Part shown: in pieces, positions 18,996 through 27,842 of the stretch | Layout: each line of letters starts with the position of its first letter | Numbering within the stretch: position 1 is the stretch's first letter | Assembly: GCA_040397385.1 (NCBI GenBank) | Contig: JBBAWB010000005.1 | Span: forward strand, 78,680-142,679 | Direction of reading: 5' to 3' | DNA length: 64,000 nucleotides | Source of the DNA: Candidatus Methylacidiphilales bacterium | Lineage (GTDB): Bacteria > Verrucomicrobiota > Verrucomicrobiia > Methylacidiphilales > Verrucolacustridaceae | Notes under the pieces: generated by a model | Databases searched by the model: none | What the model was told of the DNA's origin: nothing | The model's input: the letters and a program-made list of their open reading frames with translations, nothing else | Position numbers and translations under genes: made by a program

Positions 18996-20057
18996 TCAGT
19001 GAGCCCGGGTGGTGAGGTAGCGAGTGCAAAATGACTCCGATTTGTTTCCGGCCCAGGCATGTCCCCCGGGAAACAAATCCAGATGCAGGCGATCTTCCGC
19101 ACGGGCGGCGCCATAAATGGTTTTGACCCGCTCATAGCACTGAAGGGCGTTGGCTGGCTGAAAGCACTCGTCGTAGGCTCCTATGTTCACCAGCAAGGGG
19201 AGCGGAGCGAGGAGACCCTGCAGGTCAGGCAAATCGACCAATTTGAATAATCCCGGTGTCACTTGCGATCCGCAGTAGTTGATATCACGAATCCCAAAAA
19301 GGGCCCAGAGATCACTGTAACAGATGATTTCCGCCGCCTTGAACCGTGGATCGGTCAGCGCTGTCCACAAAGTCATCGTCCCTCCCCCGCTCATACCCAT
19401 GACTCCAAGACGTTCCGGATCAACCTCCGCCAAAGTGCTCACAAAATCAGTCGCAACGCGTCCATGCGCCAGATTGATCGAGAGAGGGGTCATGCCAAGC
19501 ATAGTAGCGTGCAAATAATATAAATTACACCAATCCCGGTCTCCGGCCGTGGAAAGAAAGTGAGGCTTCAGCCGATCATTGCGCTCACCGCAGCCCATCC
19601 AATCAATAGCGAAAGTCACGAACCCCTTTACCGCCATTTGGTGGCCGTAGTCATAGTTGCATCGCTTGATTTCCGAGGCTATCTCACCGCTTGCCGAATC
19701 CCCCATGACCGGGGCTTTGCCGAACATCCCATGACCATGCCAGCAAAAAAGAGCGGCGCGTTTTTCCCCTGGCTGCAAGTTGCCTGGGATATTGACTCGC
19801 AACACGGCAGAGATATGCGGGCCGACATCAATCAAATACCGCCGCTTTCGAACTCCGCGGTCCTCCCATTCCAACGTCAACTCTGGATTCATTGGAACGG
19901 ATTCCGGAACACCACCCAAAGTCTCGAGGACTTTCGGCAGTGCAGAAGCCTTCCACGTGTCGAAACTTTCCGAAAAGCGTTCAAAGCGAAACTCCGGCAG
20001 ATGACCCTGCGCTATCCGGATAAACATCTCTTGGGGACTGAGGTTACGTGGTTTCAT
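18996..20057 (-). CDS. alpha/beta hydrolase, probable carbohydrate esterase
   Basis: 353 aa with 'ALFCWHGHG', nucleophile elbow 'GMSGGG' and a distal 'GGHAW'. No signal peptide is evident. Confidence 0.75.
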   Translation of the reverse strand: MKPRNLSPQEMFIRIAQGHLPEFRFERFSESFDTWKASALPKVLETLGGVPESVPMNPELTLEWEDRGVRKRRYLIDVGPHISAVLRVNIPGNLQPGEKRAALFCWHGHGMFGKAPVMGDSASGEIASEIKRCNYDYGHQMAVKGFVTFAIDWMGCGERNDRLKPHFLSTAGDRDWCNLYYLHATMLGMTPLSINLAHGRVATDFVSTLAEVDPERLGVMGMSGGGTMTLWTALTDPRFKAAEIICYSDLWALFGIRDINYCGSQVTPGLFKLVDLPDLQGLLAPLPLLVNIGAYDECFQPANALQCYERVKTIYGAARAEDRLHLDLFPGGHAWAGNKSESFCTRYLTTRAH

Positions 20058-20222
20058 GGACGTCAGAACTCTATGATCTAGGCAGGCTCCCGCACAGAAG
20101 TAAGAACTGAGGCGGAATGAGAATTGGCAGCAGGGATCCTGAACCAGTCACCCAGTTGGCTTGGCCTTCCAGCATAAGATATTGTCCCGCGTTTGGAACG
20201 CCCACGAAGAAATGTTGTCACT

Positions 20223-22769
20223 TCACTTCACCGAAGTCACCGATTGAGATAATCGGACAAACGCGGCCTCTTGCGGGTTCAAGTTCAGTTTTATGACTCG
20301 ACCGGACTTCGTCACCACATTTTTGGATCGGTCCTGATTATCATAGAGGACAACTGCCGCGTCTGGCATTTTATCCGTCAGAGTCACCTCCAGATTCGTT
20401 GACTTACCCGAATAGTTAATCGCGCCGATGAGCACCTCCCCTTTGAGCTGATACACCTTTGCGACACAGTCCCCACCGGGCAACGCCCCATCTATTCGAA
20501 CATCTTTTGTCACATCGGCACCATCGAGAACCATATCCTCGATCCCAGCCGCCAAATGAGATACGCGGGTGATTTTATCCCAATACATCGCATCCCAGGA
20601 GGCGAATCCAATAAAATAGCCGTATCCATCGGCACCCGCCAGCAGGCAGGCCAGCGCATTCAACTCGCATTGTGTGGGTGTGAACTGGTTGACGCCGACA
20701 CCCCAACCTGATCCCAGCAATGGCACCACGGGCTTTTGCAATACGCCGACCGTTTCCTGAATGTCCCGGAAGCAGGTTGCACCATTATAGTAGATCATCG
20801 GCCAATGCTCATCGACCACTGAATCCCAAAGTCGGGGATCCGAACCGCTATGTTCGATATAGCTTTTTGCCGATTCGGCGCCGAATGGAACGTGCCCGCT
20901 ACAAAGAATCACTTTGGCAGTCGGGGACTTATCCCTGATCACAGCAACCCAGTTCTTGACCATCTGCGCAATTTGCCCAAGACGAAATGTCTTGAACTCC
21001 TCATTATGTTCGCTGCGAATCACCTCGCCGTTCCATTCCGTGACGATGACCCCCAGATGCTCCTTGAACGCCTGCTGACAGCGCGGGCAGTCATATCCCA
21101 GGGTCAGGACAGAATTCATCTCGAAATCCGACACGAGACCGTTGGGGGCATAATATTCGTTGGCGTGCTGATAGAATGGATAGAGCGCTTCGGCATACTT
21201 ATCGCCGTTCTGCGCGCAATAGGTCAAACACGCGAGCCCCCACTTGTTGGGCTTGCCGTCGAAATATTCCCACAACGACTTGTCGCCCGGTTTGGTGGAA
21301 TATGTTGACGCGTAGATTCCAGTCTGCCCGCCGATGTAAACATTGATCCCCTGGCCCTTCAACATTTCCTGCCATCTTTTGATGCGCGGGGAAATCCAGC
21401 CCGAACTTGTGTAGGAATTGAATCCAGCGGTTTTGAATAGTGAAATAGCTTCCTTCCAAACGCCCTCGTATCCAAGTTCCCCGCCGCAAAACACCAAAGT
21501 CTTTAAGCGCTTTGGAGACGGACCTTTCGGAAGTTCGGGCATCACCTCGTACGCGACAGATTGCCAATCGAGCCCGATGGCTTCACATCGCCAGTATAAG
21601 TTTCCATTCCTTCGTGCGCCCTCTTGATTAGAGACAAATACATCCAGGCCGCTTGTAAATGCCCCATCGAGGGTGTCACGCAGATTGGTCTCCGCCTCAG
21701 CGCGCCTAAGTGGAATGCTATAACGAATGTAATCCACGCCGTCACGCGTGGTTGGTTTTGAAGATATGTCGAGCTTCCTGTCCTGCCAATCCTCCATCTG
21801 GGGAGCGAATCCCCAATAATTTAATGGAGTCTTCGGCAGTATTTTACTCCACCCGGTCAAATAACCGTTTACGCCCTTGAACAACATTTTTGATGGGATC
21901 TCAATTTCAAAAACGTACTGTTCGGGCAAAGCCTTGACTGCGTCCTTGCTGGCCGACACTGCAATATGCAGCCAAGTTGGATAATCTTGTAAGATATATG
22001 CCCGATTATATGGCATATACTGACCTGGAAATATCTTACTTTGGGTCTTGATGGCCTGTTCCTTGGCCGTGGCGTGCATTCCGGCAAAGGAAAACGTATA
22101 GGGCAGTGAGGCGTTGACCTCATCGTTGAGGAGATTAAACCCGATACCCACGGCTTTAATTTTACTCACATCAAGGCTGGCATATGAGCCGAAGTCTTTC
22201 TTCAGCGAGAGCGTCACCTGTTGCCAGGTTCCAAACTCATGAAAAATATCAGGGCTTTGGATATATGCGTAAGAGCTCTTCCCCGCCTCATCGAACAAGA
22301 TAACGTGCATATTCCCGTCGTCGCTGCCGGGAACAAACAATTGCTCCCATTTGCAGGACTCGCTTCCTATGAGATCGAATTTCACCCAAAGTTTGATGGA
22401 ATTATATCCGCTGAAGTCACGCATTCCAGATGGCAGTTCATACGCGACTGTTTGATCGGAGATGCCTTTCCCAACCCAAAATACCACCACCTTCCCAGCG
22501 AAGGGCAGATCATAATGCCGTTCGATATCGCTTTCCACTAAGTATCGATTGCCCGGATCCAAGAATGCCCAATCCGATCCCCTTGGAGATATTTCCAGGA
22601 CTTTATCCTGCGCATGCGCGAAAGTTTGCAACGCTGCTGAGACACAAAGTGCCAGAGAAGCGATCGCGTGCCCCGCATGCCTTATGGAATTTCTCGCGCT
22701 GCGAACCGGGCATTTTTGTACCCTCAAGGCTTTGTCCGAATTGGAATCTGGTTTCGTGCGGTTTTTCAT
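20223..22769 (-). CDS. large secreted protein of unknown function (putative glycan-active)
   Basis: I trimmed it to 'MKNRTKP...' so that its ATG overlaps the upstream stop (ATGA at 22766-22769). The signal peptide is 'IASLALCVSAALQTFAHAQ'. I recognise no family motif. The Cys pair 'GYDCPRCQQAF' is reminiscent of DUF4838-type proteins. Confidence 0.7.
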   Translation of the reverse strand: MKNRTKPDSNSDKALRVQKCPVRSARNSIRHAGHAIASLALCVSAALQTFAHAQDKVLEISPRGSDWAFLDPGNRYLVESDIERHYDLPFAGKVVVFWVGKGISDQTVAYELPSGMRDFSGYNSIKLWVKFDLIGSESCKWEQLFVPGSDDGNMHVILFDEAGKSSYAYIQSPDIFHEFGTWQQVTLSLKKDFGSYASLDVSKIKAVGIGFNLLNDEVNASLPYTFSFAGMHATAKEQAIKTQSKIFPGQYMPYNRAYILQDYPTWLHIAVSASKDAVKALPEQYVFEIEIPSKMLFKGVNGYLTGWSKILPKTPLNYWGFAPQMEDWQDRKLDISSKPTTRDGVDYIRYSIPLRRAEAETNLRDTLDGAFTSGLDVFVSNQEGARRNGNLYWRCEAIGLDWQSVAYEVMPELPKGPSPKRLKTLVFCGGELGYEGVWKEAISLFKTAGFNSYTSSGWISPRIKRWQEMLKGQGINVYIGGQTGIYASTYSTKPGDKSLWEYFDGKPNKWGLACLTYCAQNGDKYAEALYPFYQHANEYYAPNGLVSDFEMNSVLTLGYDCPRCQQAFKEHLGVIVTEWNGEVIRSEHNEEFKTFRLGQIAQMVKNWVAVIRDKSPTAKVILCSGHVPFGAESAKSYIEHSGSDPRLWDSVVDEHWPMIYYNGATCFRDIQETVGVLQKPVVPLLGSGWGVGVNQFTPTQCELNALACLLAGADGYGYFIGFASWDAMYWDKITRVSHLAAGIEDMVLDGADVTKDVRIDGALPGGDCVAKVYQLKGEVLIGAINYSGKSTNLEVTLTDKMPDAAVVLYDNQDRSKNVVTKSGRVIKLNLNPQEAAFVRLSQSVTSVK

Positions 22770-24490
22770 TTTTCCTTTGATAGTCTTTTGTGCCACTCCC
22801 GCAGCACTTGTGCGGTGCGCCATTCATCGTGGGGTTGACGTTTTTCCCACGCAGTGGCCAGCTTCAACATATCCGGCAGGATCTTCTCCATGCACTTGCG
22901 GTCGGGAATCTCGCGATTTATTTTATTCGCCCTGAAGTGATAGTAGTGAACCATTGCTTCTAGGAGCAGTGCGGCGGCTTCGGCATAGGAGACAAAATCT
23001 TCAAAATGGCAAAGGATGAACCGGCGAGATTCAACGGGCAGCGATTCAGTGGCACGTTCCGCGCGGTCCAGCAGATCGCGGACATCACGGAGTGCCTCCT
23101 GCTTTTCCCGGATGAGGGCGTGGGGGCCGGGTGAATGGCCTGTGGAAAAAGGCCAGCCAATAAAATAGGACTCTTTCCCCCACTCCGCGCAATCGCCAGG
23201 AATTGGTAATGGCAATATCTCTCCGGCCCGTGTGACAAACTGGGCATCACAACCAAAGAAGTCGGCGATTTCCTTTGGCGGCAGAACGGACTGGGCGCCG
23301 AAGTAATTTTGGCCAGCATAGAATACCCGGCCACCCACAGACTCCGTATCCAAAAACACTTTTGCCAGATCCAAAAGATCCTGCCCAAACTCGTTCTTAA
23401 GGAATTCGCTCACAACCTCCAGCGGGTTGGTTGACGGATCGCGGGCATACCGGCAAAAGAACTCGGCATTGAATCCGCCAAGAGTATCGAAGCAACAGAC
23501 CTCAAGCCCCTTCGGGATCGGATCTTCGGCACGCAAACCTTCAAGTTCCGGATAAGAACTCCTTCGACTCGGAAGAATGTTCGCGTAAGGCACCCTAGCG
23601 TCGACAAAAGCCATAACACGCCCGTTGACACAACTCGCTCCCAGTGCCCGGGCCTCATTCAGATGGCTGGCATACTGAGCCAGAGCACAGGTCGGGTAAA
23701 TGTTCCGCCCCCAATACTCCCCGCTCACATCGAAATGAACCTGGACCGGGTTCGTTACGGCCGCCCGCCAAAGATGCTGGTTGAAGGGAAGCAACAGGTG
23801 GAGGTCCCCAATGGTGTCATCGGCGCTGACGATGATGTCCGGACGCTTTCGGGATGAGGCCAGAATGGCTTCAACAGTAGGCCGGTGTCCTCCGCCCACA
23901 TGAAGGTCGATGTCGAATTTCAGACCGCGCTGCAAACATTTGGCATGCACGGTTTCCACGATCCGCTCCACAATCTCCCCGATCGTCAGGGATTGGTGTT
24001 TAAGCCGTGAAACCGGCGTATCCGCACCTTCCTCGATCCACAATTCTATTCCGGTCAACTCAGGCGTATTTTCCAGGAGTTCATCAATCTGATCGCATAT
24101 CAGTTGGTAGATTCTGGGATTCGCCATGTCCGGCTCTCCCTCCGGAGTGAATAGGTCCGGGGCAATATCGCGCCACGCATCTGCGTTGGGAATCATCAAA
24201 ACAACGTAATAAAACCAGAACTCCATACCCGCACCCGTGGTCAATCGGGCCGCATTCGTCAGATTATTCCAGTAAGTCCGGCGTTGCCGCTTTTCCTCCT
24301 CCTTTAATAGGGACGGATACTTTGGAAAAACCCAGGGCACGTAGTCATACGGAGCGTAAACAAGACGCTCAATATGGTGGGTGCGTGCAAACTCCACTAG
24401 CCTCGCGACATGGCGGGGCGAACCCCAGTAGGTTGTAAGGCCCAGTTTCATTGGCGGAACACCCGTCACCTCGCATGGCATTGGCTTCAA
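22766..24490 (-). CDS. large cytoplasmic protein of unknown function (TIM-barrel-like by alternating pattern, speculative)
   Basis: 574-aa ORF with no signal peptide. The track start is TTG; ATG alternatives are at 24481 and 24451. The long uninterrupted ORF and operon context support coding. No family is recognised. Confidence 0.7.
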   Translation of the reverse strand: MKPMPCEVTGVPPMKLGLTTYWGSPRHVARLVEFARTHHIERLVYAPYDYVPWVFPKYPSLLKEEEKRQRRTYWNNLTNAARLTTGAGMEFWFYYVVLMIPNADAWRDIAPDLFTPEGEPDMANPRIYQLICDQIDELLENTPELTGIELWIEEGADTPVSRLKHQSLTIGEIVERIVETVHAKCLQRGLKFDIDLHVGGGHRPTVEAILASSRKRPDIIVSADDTIGDLHLLLPFNQHLWRAAVTNPVQVHFDVSGEYWGRNIYPTCALAQYASHLNEARALGASCVNGRVMAFVDARVPYANILPSRRSSYPELEGLRAEDPIPKGLEVCCFDTLGGFNAEFFCRYARDPSTNPLEVVSEFLKNEFGQDLLDLAKVFLDTESVGGRVFYAGQNYFGAQSVLPPKEIADFFGCDAQFVTRAGEILPLPIPGDCAEWGKESYFIGWPFSTGHSPGPHALIREKQEALRDVRDLLDRAERATESLPVESRRFILCHFEDFVSYAEAAALLLEAMVHYYHFRANKINREIPDRKCMEKILPDMLKLATAWEKRQPHDEWRTAQVLREWHKRLSKEK

Positions 24491-24552
24491 AGCATCTTTG
24501 CTGAGTTTAGCTGGGTTTCCCGTCGGAGCGGGGGTGAGTTTGGATTGAGGTT

Positions 24553-25170
24553 TTATTTTTTAGAAGGCTTCTGCGCCGTTGTAATTTGCACTTTGGTGAT
24601 GAAGGATGATACGTCGGAAATCATCAGGCCGGTGAAACTCAGCGTGTGCGCACTGGCCGTCGCGGAAAATGCCTTGCTGGTGTATAAAGTCCACTTGTCA
24701 CTTGCGGGCGTGATCGTGCTGTCGGCCCCAAACGTGAGAGTCTTGTCATCCACCTTCACCTCCACTGTTTGTGGGCCGTAAGGTTCGGGACGACTACTGG
24801 AGTAGAAGCTGACCACATAGCTCTCTCCGGCCTTGAACCCGCTGATCGTTTGAGAAAAGGTGCCCCGCCCGGAGACGAACGCCGCGTTGTGACCATCGGG
24901 GAATGGTGAGAAAGCCTGAAGACCTCCGGTGTTACCGGGCGAAGTGCCGGCTGTCACCAACCCAGAAAAATTTGGAGGAACCGCTGTGAACGTCCAGTTA
25001 GGAACAGTATCGATATCGGAGCCGACAGAATAATTATTAGCCCAAGGCAAATCGGTCGCTTCGAAGCTGCTGTTGAGTACGACCACATCCGCGATTGCCG
25101 GCGTCGAGCCCCCAATGACCACGGTTCCCAGCGCGACCACTGCCAGTCTGAGCATCTGCTTCCATTTCAT
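24553..25170 (-). CDS. secreted carbohydrate-binding-like protein, anchor-less paralog of the PEP-CTERM protein at 30986-31654
   Basis: 205 aa with signal peptide 'LAVVALGTVVIGGSTPAIA'. Shared blocks with the paralog: 'VVV.N.SFEA', 'P.WTFT', 'GNTGGLQA.SPFPDG', 'FSQ..SGF.A', 'VSFY.SSRP', 'TITP.S..WTLYTS.AF.AT'. It ends 'ITTAQKPSKK' without a PEP-CTERM. Confidence 0.7.
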   Translation of the reverse strand: MKWKQMLRLAVVALGTVVIGGSTPAIADVVVLNSSFEATDLPWANNYSVGSDIDTVPNWTFTAVPPNFSGLVTAGTSPGNTGGLQAFSPFPDGHNAAFVSGRGTFSQTISGFKAGESYVVSFYSSSRPEPYGPQTVEVKVDDKTLTFGADSTITPASDKWTLYTSKAFSATASAHTLSFTGLMISDVSSFITKVQITTAQKPSKK

Positions 25171-25337
25171 ATTCGGATTTCTTTCTGATTTGATGGTTAA
25201 ATTAAACTTTGGTGCTCCTTAATTCACTGTGCACTCCGTTGGGCCTGGCAAAAAGAAACATCTCTTGCATTTTCTCGCAGATTTTTGTTTTTTCAAGCAG
25301 GCGGAGGCAAGGCATAGAAACGCGCAGACTTCGTCAG

Positions 25338-27707
25338 TCAGGTGTCGATGGGAGTCAACGTGAATGTCACTGCAGAACAATCCTTCATGGGCTCAAAGAA
25401 GTTTCCCCCAAGCTCACGAATGGCGTGGCTTGGGGTGCGGACTTTAAAATGATCCGGGATACGGATGTTCCGCGGCATGGCCCCTGCGGAATCCGCGCTG
25501 AGCAGCAATTCGCAAGCGCCGTCATCCCGCATTTTGGCTTCGATATCAACCGACCCGCGTGCGGTGTGCAGATTGTGCAGCGCCGTTATTCCATTGCCCC
25601 GGAGCCAGGCGAACGGGATTCCGGCCAGGAGGGTGACCGTGGCCCCATGCTCGAAATAGAATGATTTGAGGATCATATCCATCACCTTTCCATTGCCACT
25701 GCCGTTGGGTTGCCACGGAAAGAACGCAGGATCGGTGATGCTGAACCGCTCCTGAACCTGATGCGTATCTGGAGTCATTCCGTATTTGAGATTCACCTGC
25801 ACGGCGACGAACGCCTTTTTCCATTCGCCCAGCCGCAGATAGATGTCCTGCCACGCCCATTCGCCAATACCCATGTACATGATCTCACGATCCATCTTTG
25901 AGGTGAAAGCGCCGTGGGCCATGTGTTTCTCGAAATAGTTCACATACTTTTGAAAGGCGGGCGATGCCACATCGAGCGCGCCGCTGAAGGCTAGGTGGAA
26001 CGCGCCGATGAGGTTATCGAACTGGCGGCAGATGACCTCGTCCTTGTCCCCGGTGACAATCTTGCGCTCGATGAATCCGTCGGACCGCGTCAGGCCTTCA
26101 ACGGCAGCGGAGATGTCGGAGCGATAGCACTCCAACTCCCGGCGATATTCCTGCGCTTGGGCGTGGTTCAAATCCTCCAGCAAATCGACCGCTTTGGAGA
26201 AGCCCCAAAACGTGTAGGCGTCGGTGAAGGCGACGCCGTAACCCTCGTCGCCGTCCGTCGCGCAGCCGAACGGCATCAAGCCATGCGTGAGCGGACGCGT
26301 GCCGTCGGGGTTAAGCTTTCGGGTGGCGCGCAACTCGCCCACAATCCAATTCAAGGCTTTCTGAATCTTGGGCAGATAGACCTCGAGAAAGTCTTTGTCA
26401 CGGGAATATCGGTAGTAATCGCTTGCCAGGGCCAGCGCCGCCCCTGTGGTGTTCATCCATTTCGGGCCGGTTGTGCCAATTGCACCGGCGGTGGACGTCA
26501 GCCTGCCTTTCGGAGGACAACCGGCATCCTGCAAACTGAAAATATAGTCAAGCGATTCCCGGACAGGCTGGAACCGACCCAGTCGCAGCAGCGGCATCAG
26601 CATGCAGACCGCTTCCCAGACCCAGACGAAATGCCGTTCCGACGACCCCCCCTGCGTGGGCACAAGTTCGGAAGATCCGGGAAACCTGATCAGCAACTGC
26701 AGCGTCGAGATCGCCTGATGTTTCAAGATCTCGTCCCAACGTCCAGCAGGACAGACCAGTTCCGCGACGTCCCCGGGGGTTAAGGATTGGAAGTGAGAGA
26801 GCGAGGAGGCGCGACCGCCAACCACGTCGGTGGCTTCCAAGGCTTCCAGATGCGCCGGAGTGATCTGCTCGTAGTTGGTGAAGAGGGCCATTTGAAACCG
26901 CTTCGTCTCGCCCGGAGACAACTCCGCGTGAAAATGAATAGCATCGCGCACGCTCCTGTAGCGAAGCGCCGTAGGAATAAAGAAAATGTCACCTTTGTAG
27001 CCTTGTTCGCTGAATTCCCGCTCTTTCTCCCACTCGAAGGCAAACCCGCTAGGCACGACTTTCCCGATGACACAATCTTCGCGCAAGATCAACCGACCGC
27101 GCAGGCTCACCTTGTCGCAGGGCGGATATTTGGTCGCGTCCCAATAGAACGGGACGTAGTGGTAATTGAAGATGTCCTCTTCGGGCGGGTAAGCGAGCTT
27201 GGCTCTCACATGCGCCTGGACGGGGACGTCGGCATCGCTTGTGACGGCGCAGTTGATCCACAGCAGGTTCTGGCGCGGGCCTGGAAGCGGCGAACAGAAA
27301 TACTCGAATTCAAAGTGTAGGCCGTTAACCAGCGCATATTTGGGCGGAGCGACCGCGTATGTACAGTGGCTGATGCGTGCGAGGGGATATCGTCCTTGCT
27401 CAATCGAGAGCTGGCTGCGGCGAAAGTCGGGCACGGTGGGCGGGTCGCCAAGCGCGAACTCGACAAGCATCGCCTCGTTCCGCCGCGCTGCGCTGTAGGC
27501 CGCCGTGTCCTCGCACTTGAGGCCGGGCACGATGCGCCGACGGCACACGGTTAACGAGCCGTTGACGTGGATGATATCCGGCGAGTGGGCCGGCTGAATC
27601 GGCAGGTTTATCGTCAGCGGCGGTTGGTATCCGCCCCAATCTTCGGTGAGCAGATCGCTCCAGGATTGGTCAGAGATTTTCGAGTAGGAAGTCAGTTTGG
27701 TGGTCAT
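25338..27707 (-). CDS. large cytoplasmic protein of unknown function, possibly (alpha/alpha)6 six-hairpin glycosidase-like
   Basis: 789-aa ORF with an ATG start and no signal peptide. The central helical region ('TTGAALALASDYYRYSRDKDFLEVYLPKIQKALNWIV', 'FGCATDGDEGYG', 'YTFWGF') looks like six-hairpin glycosidases. That is a weak, pattern-based call. Confidence 0.65.
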   Translation of the reverse strand: MTTKLTSYSKISDQSWSDLLTEDWGGYQPPLTINLPIQPAHSPDIIHVNGSLTVCRRRIVPGLKCEDTAAYSAARRNEAMLVEFALGDPPTVPDFRRSQLSIEQGRYPLARISHCTYAVAPPKYALVNGLHFEFEYFCSPLPGPRQNLLWINCAVTSDADVPVQAHVRAKLAYPPEEDIFNYHYVPFYWDATKYPPCDKVSLRGRLILREDCVIGKVVPSGFAFEWEKEREFSEQGYKGDIFFIPTALRYRSVRDAIHFHAELSPGETKRFQMALFTNYEQITPAHLEALEATDVVGGRASSLSHFQSLTPGDVAELVCPAGRWDEILKHQAISTLQLLIRFPGSSELVPTQGGSSERHFVWVWEAVCMLMPLLRLGRFQPVRESLDYIFSLQDAGCPPKGRLTSTAGAIGTTGPKWMNTTGAALALASDYYRYSRDKDFLEVYLPKIQKALNWIVGELRATRKLNPDGTRPLTHGLMPFGCATDGDEGYGVAFTDAYTFWGFSKAVDLLEDLNHAQAQEYRRELECYRSDISAAVEGLTRSDGFIERKIVTGDKDEVICRQFDNLIGAFHLAFSGALDVASPAFQKYVNYFEKHMAHGAFTSKMDREIMYMGIGEWAWQDIYLRLGEWKKAFVAVQVNLKYGMTPDTHQVQERFSITDPAFFPWQPNGSGNGKVMDMILKSFYFEHGATVTLLAGIPFAWLRGNGITALHNLHTARGSVDIEAKMRDDGACELLLSADSAGAMPRNIRIPDHFKVRTPSHAIRELGGNFFEPMKDCSAVTFTLTPIDT

Positions 27708-27842
27708 ATTGCTGTTAAAGATGTCTAGCTATAAGATGGTTGCTGCTGGCCTGAGCCACCAGGCGCCGCGATTCGCAAAGAAGATGGGGAAATTCCATCC
27801 AAAGCGGCGATTCGGGTTGAGGTCTTTGCATGGTTCCGTTCC

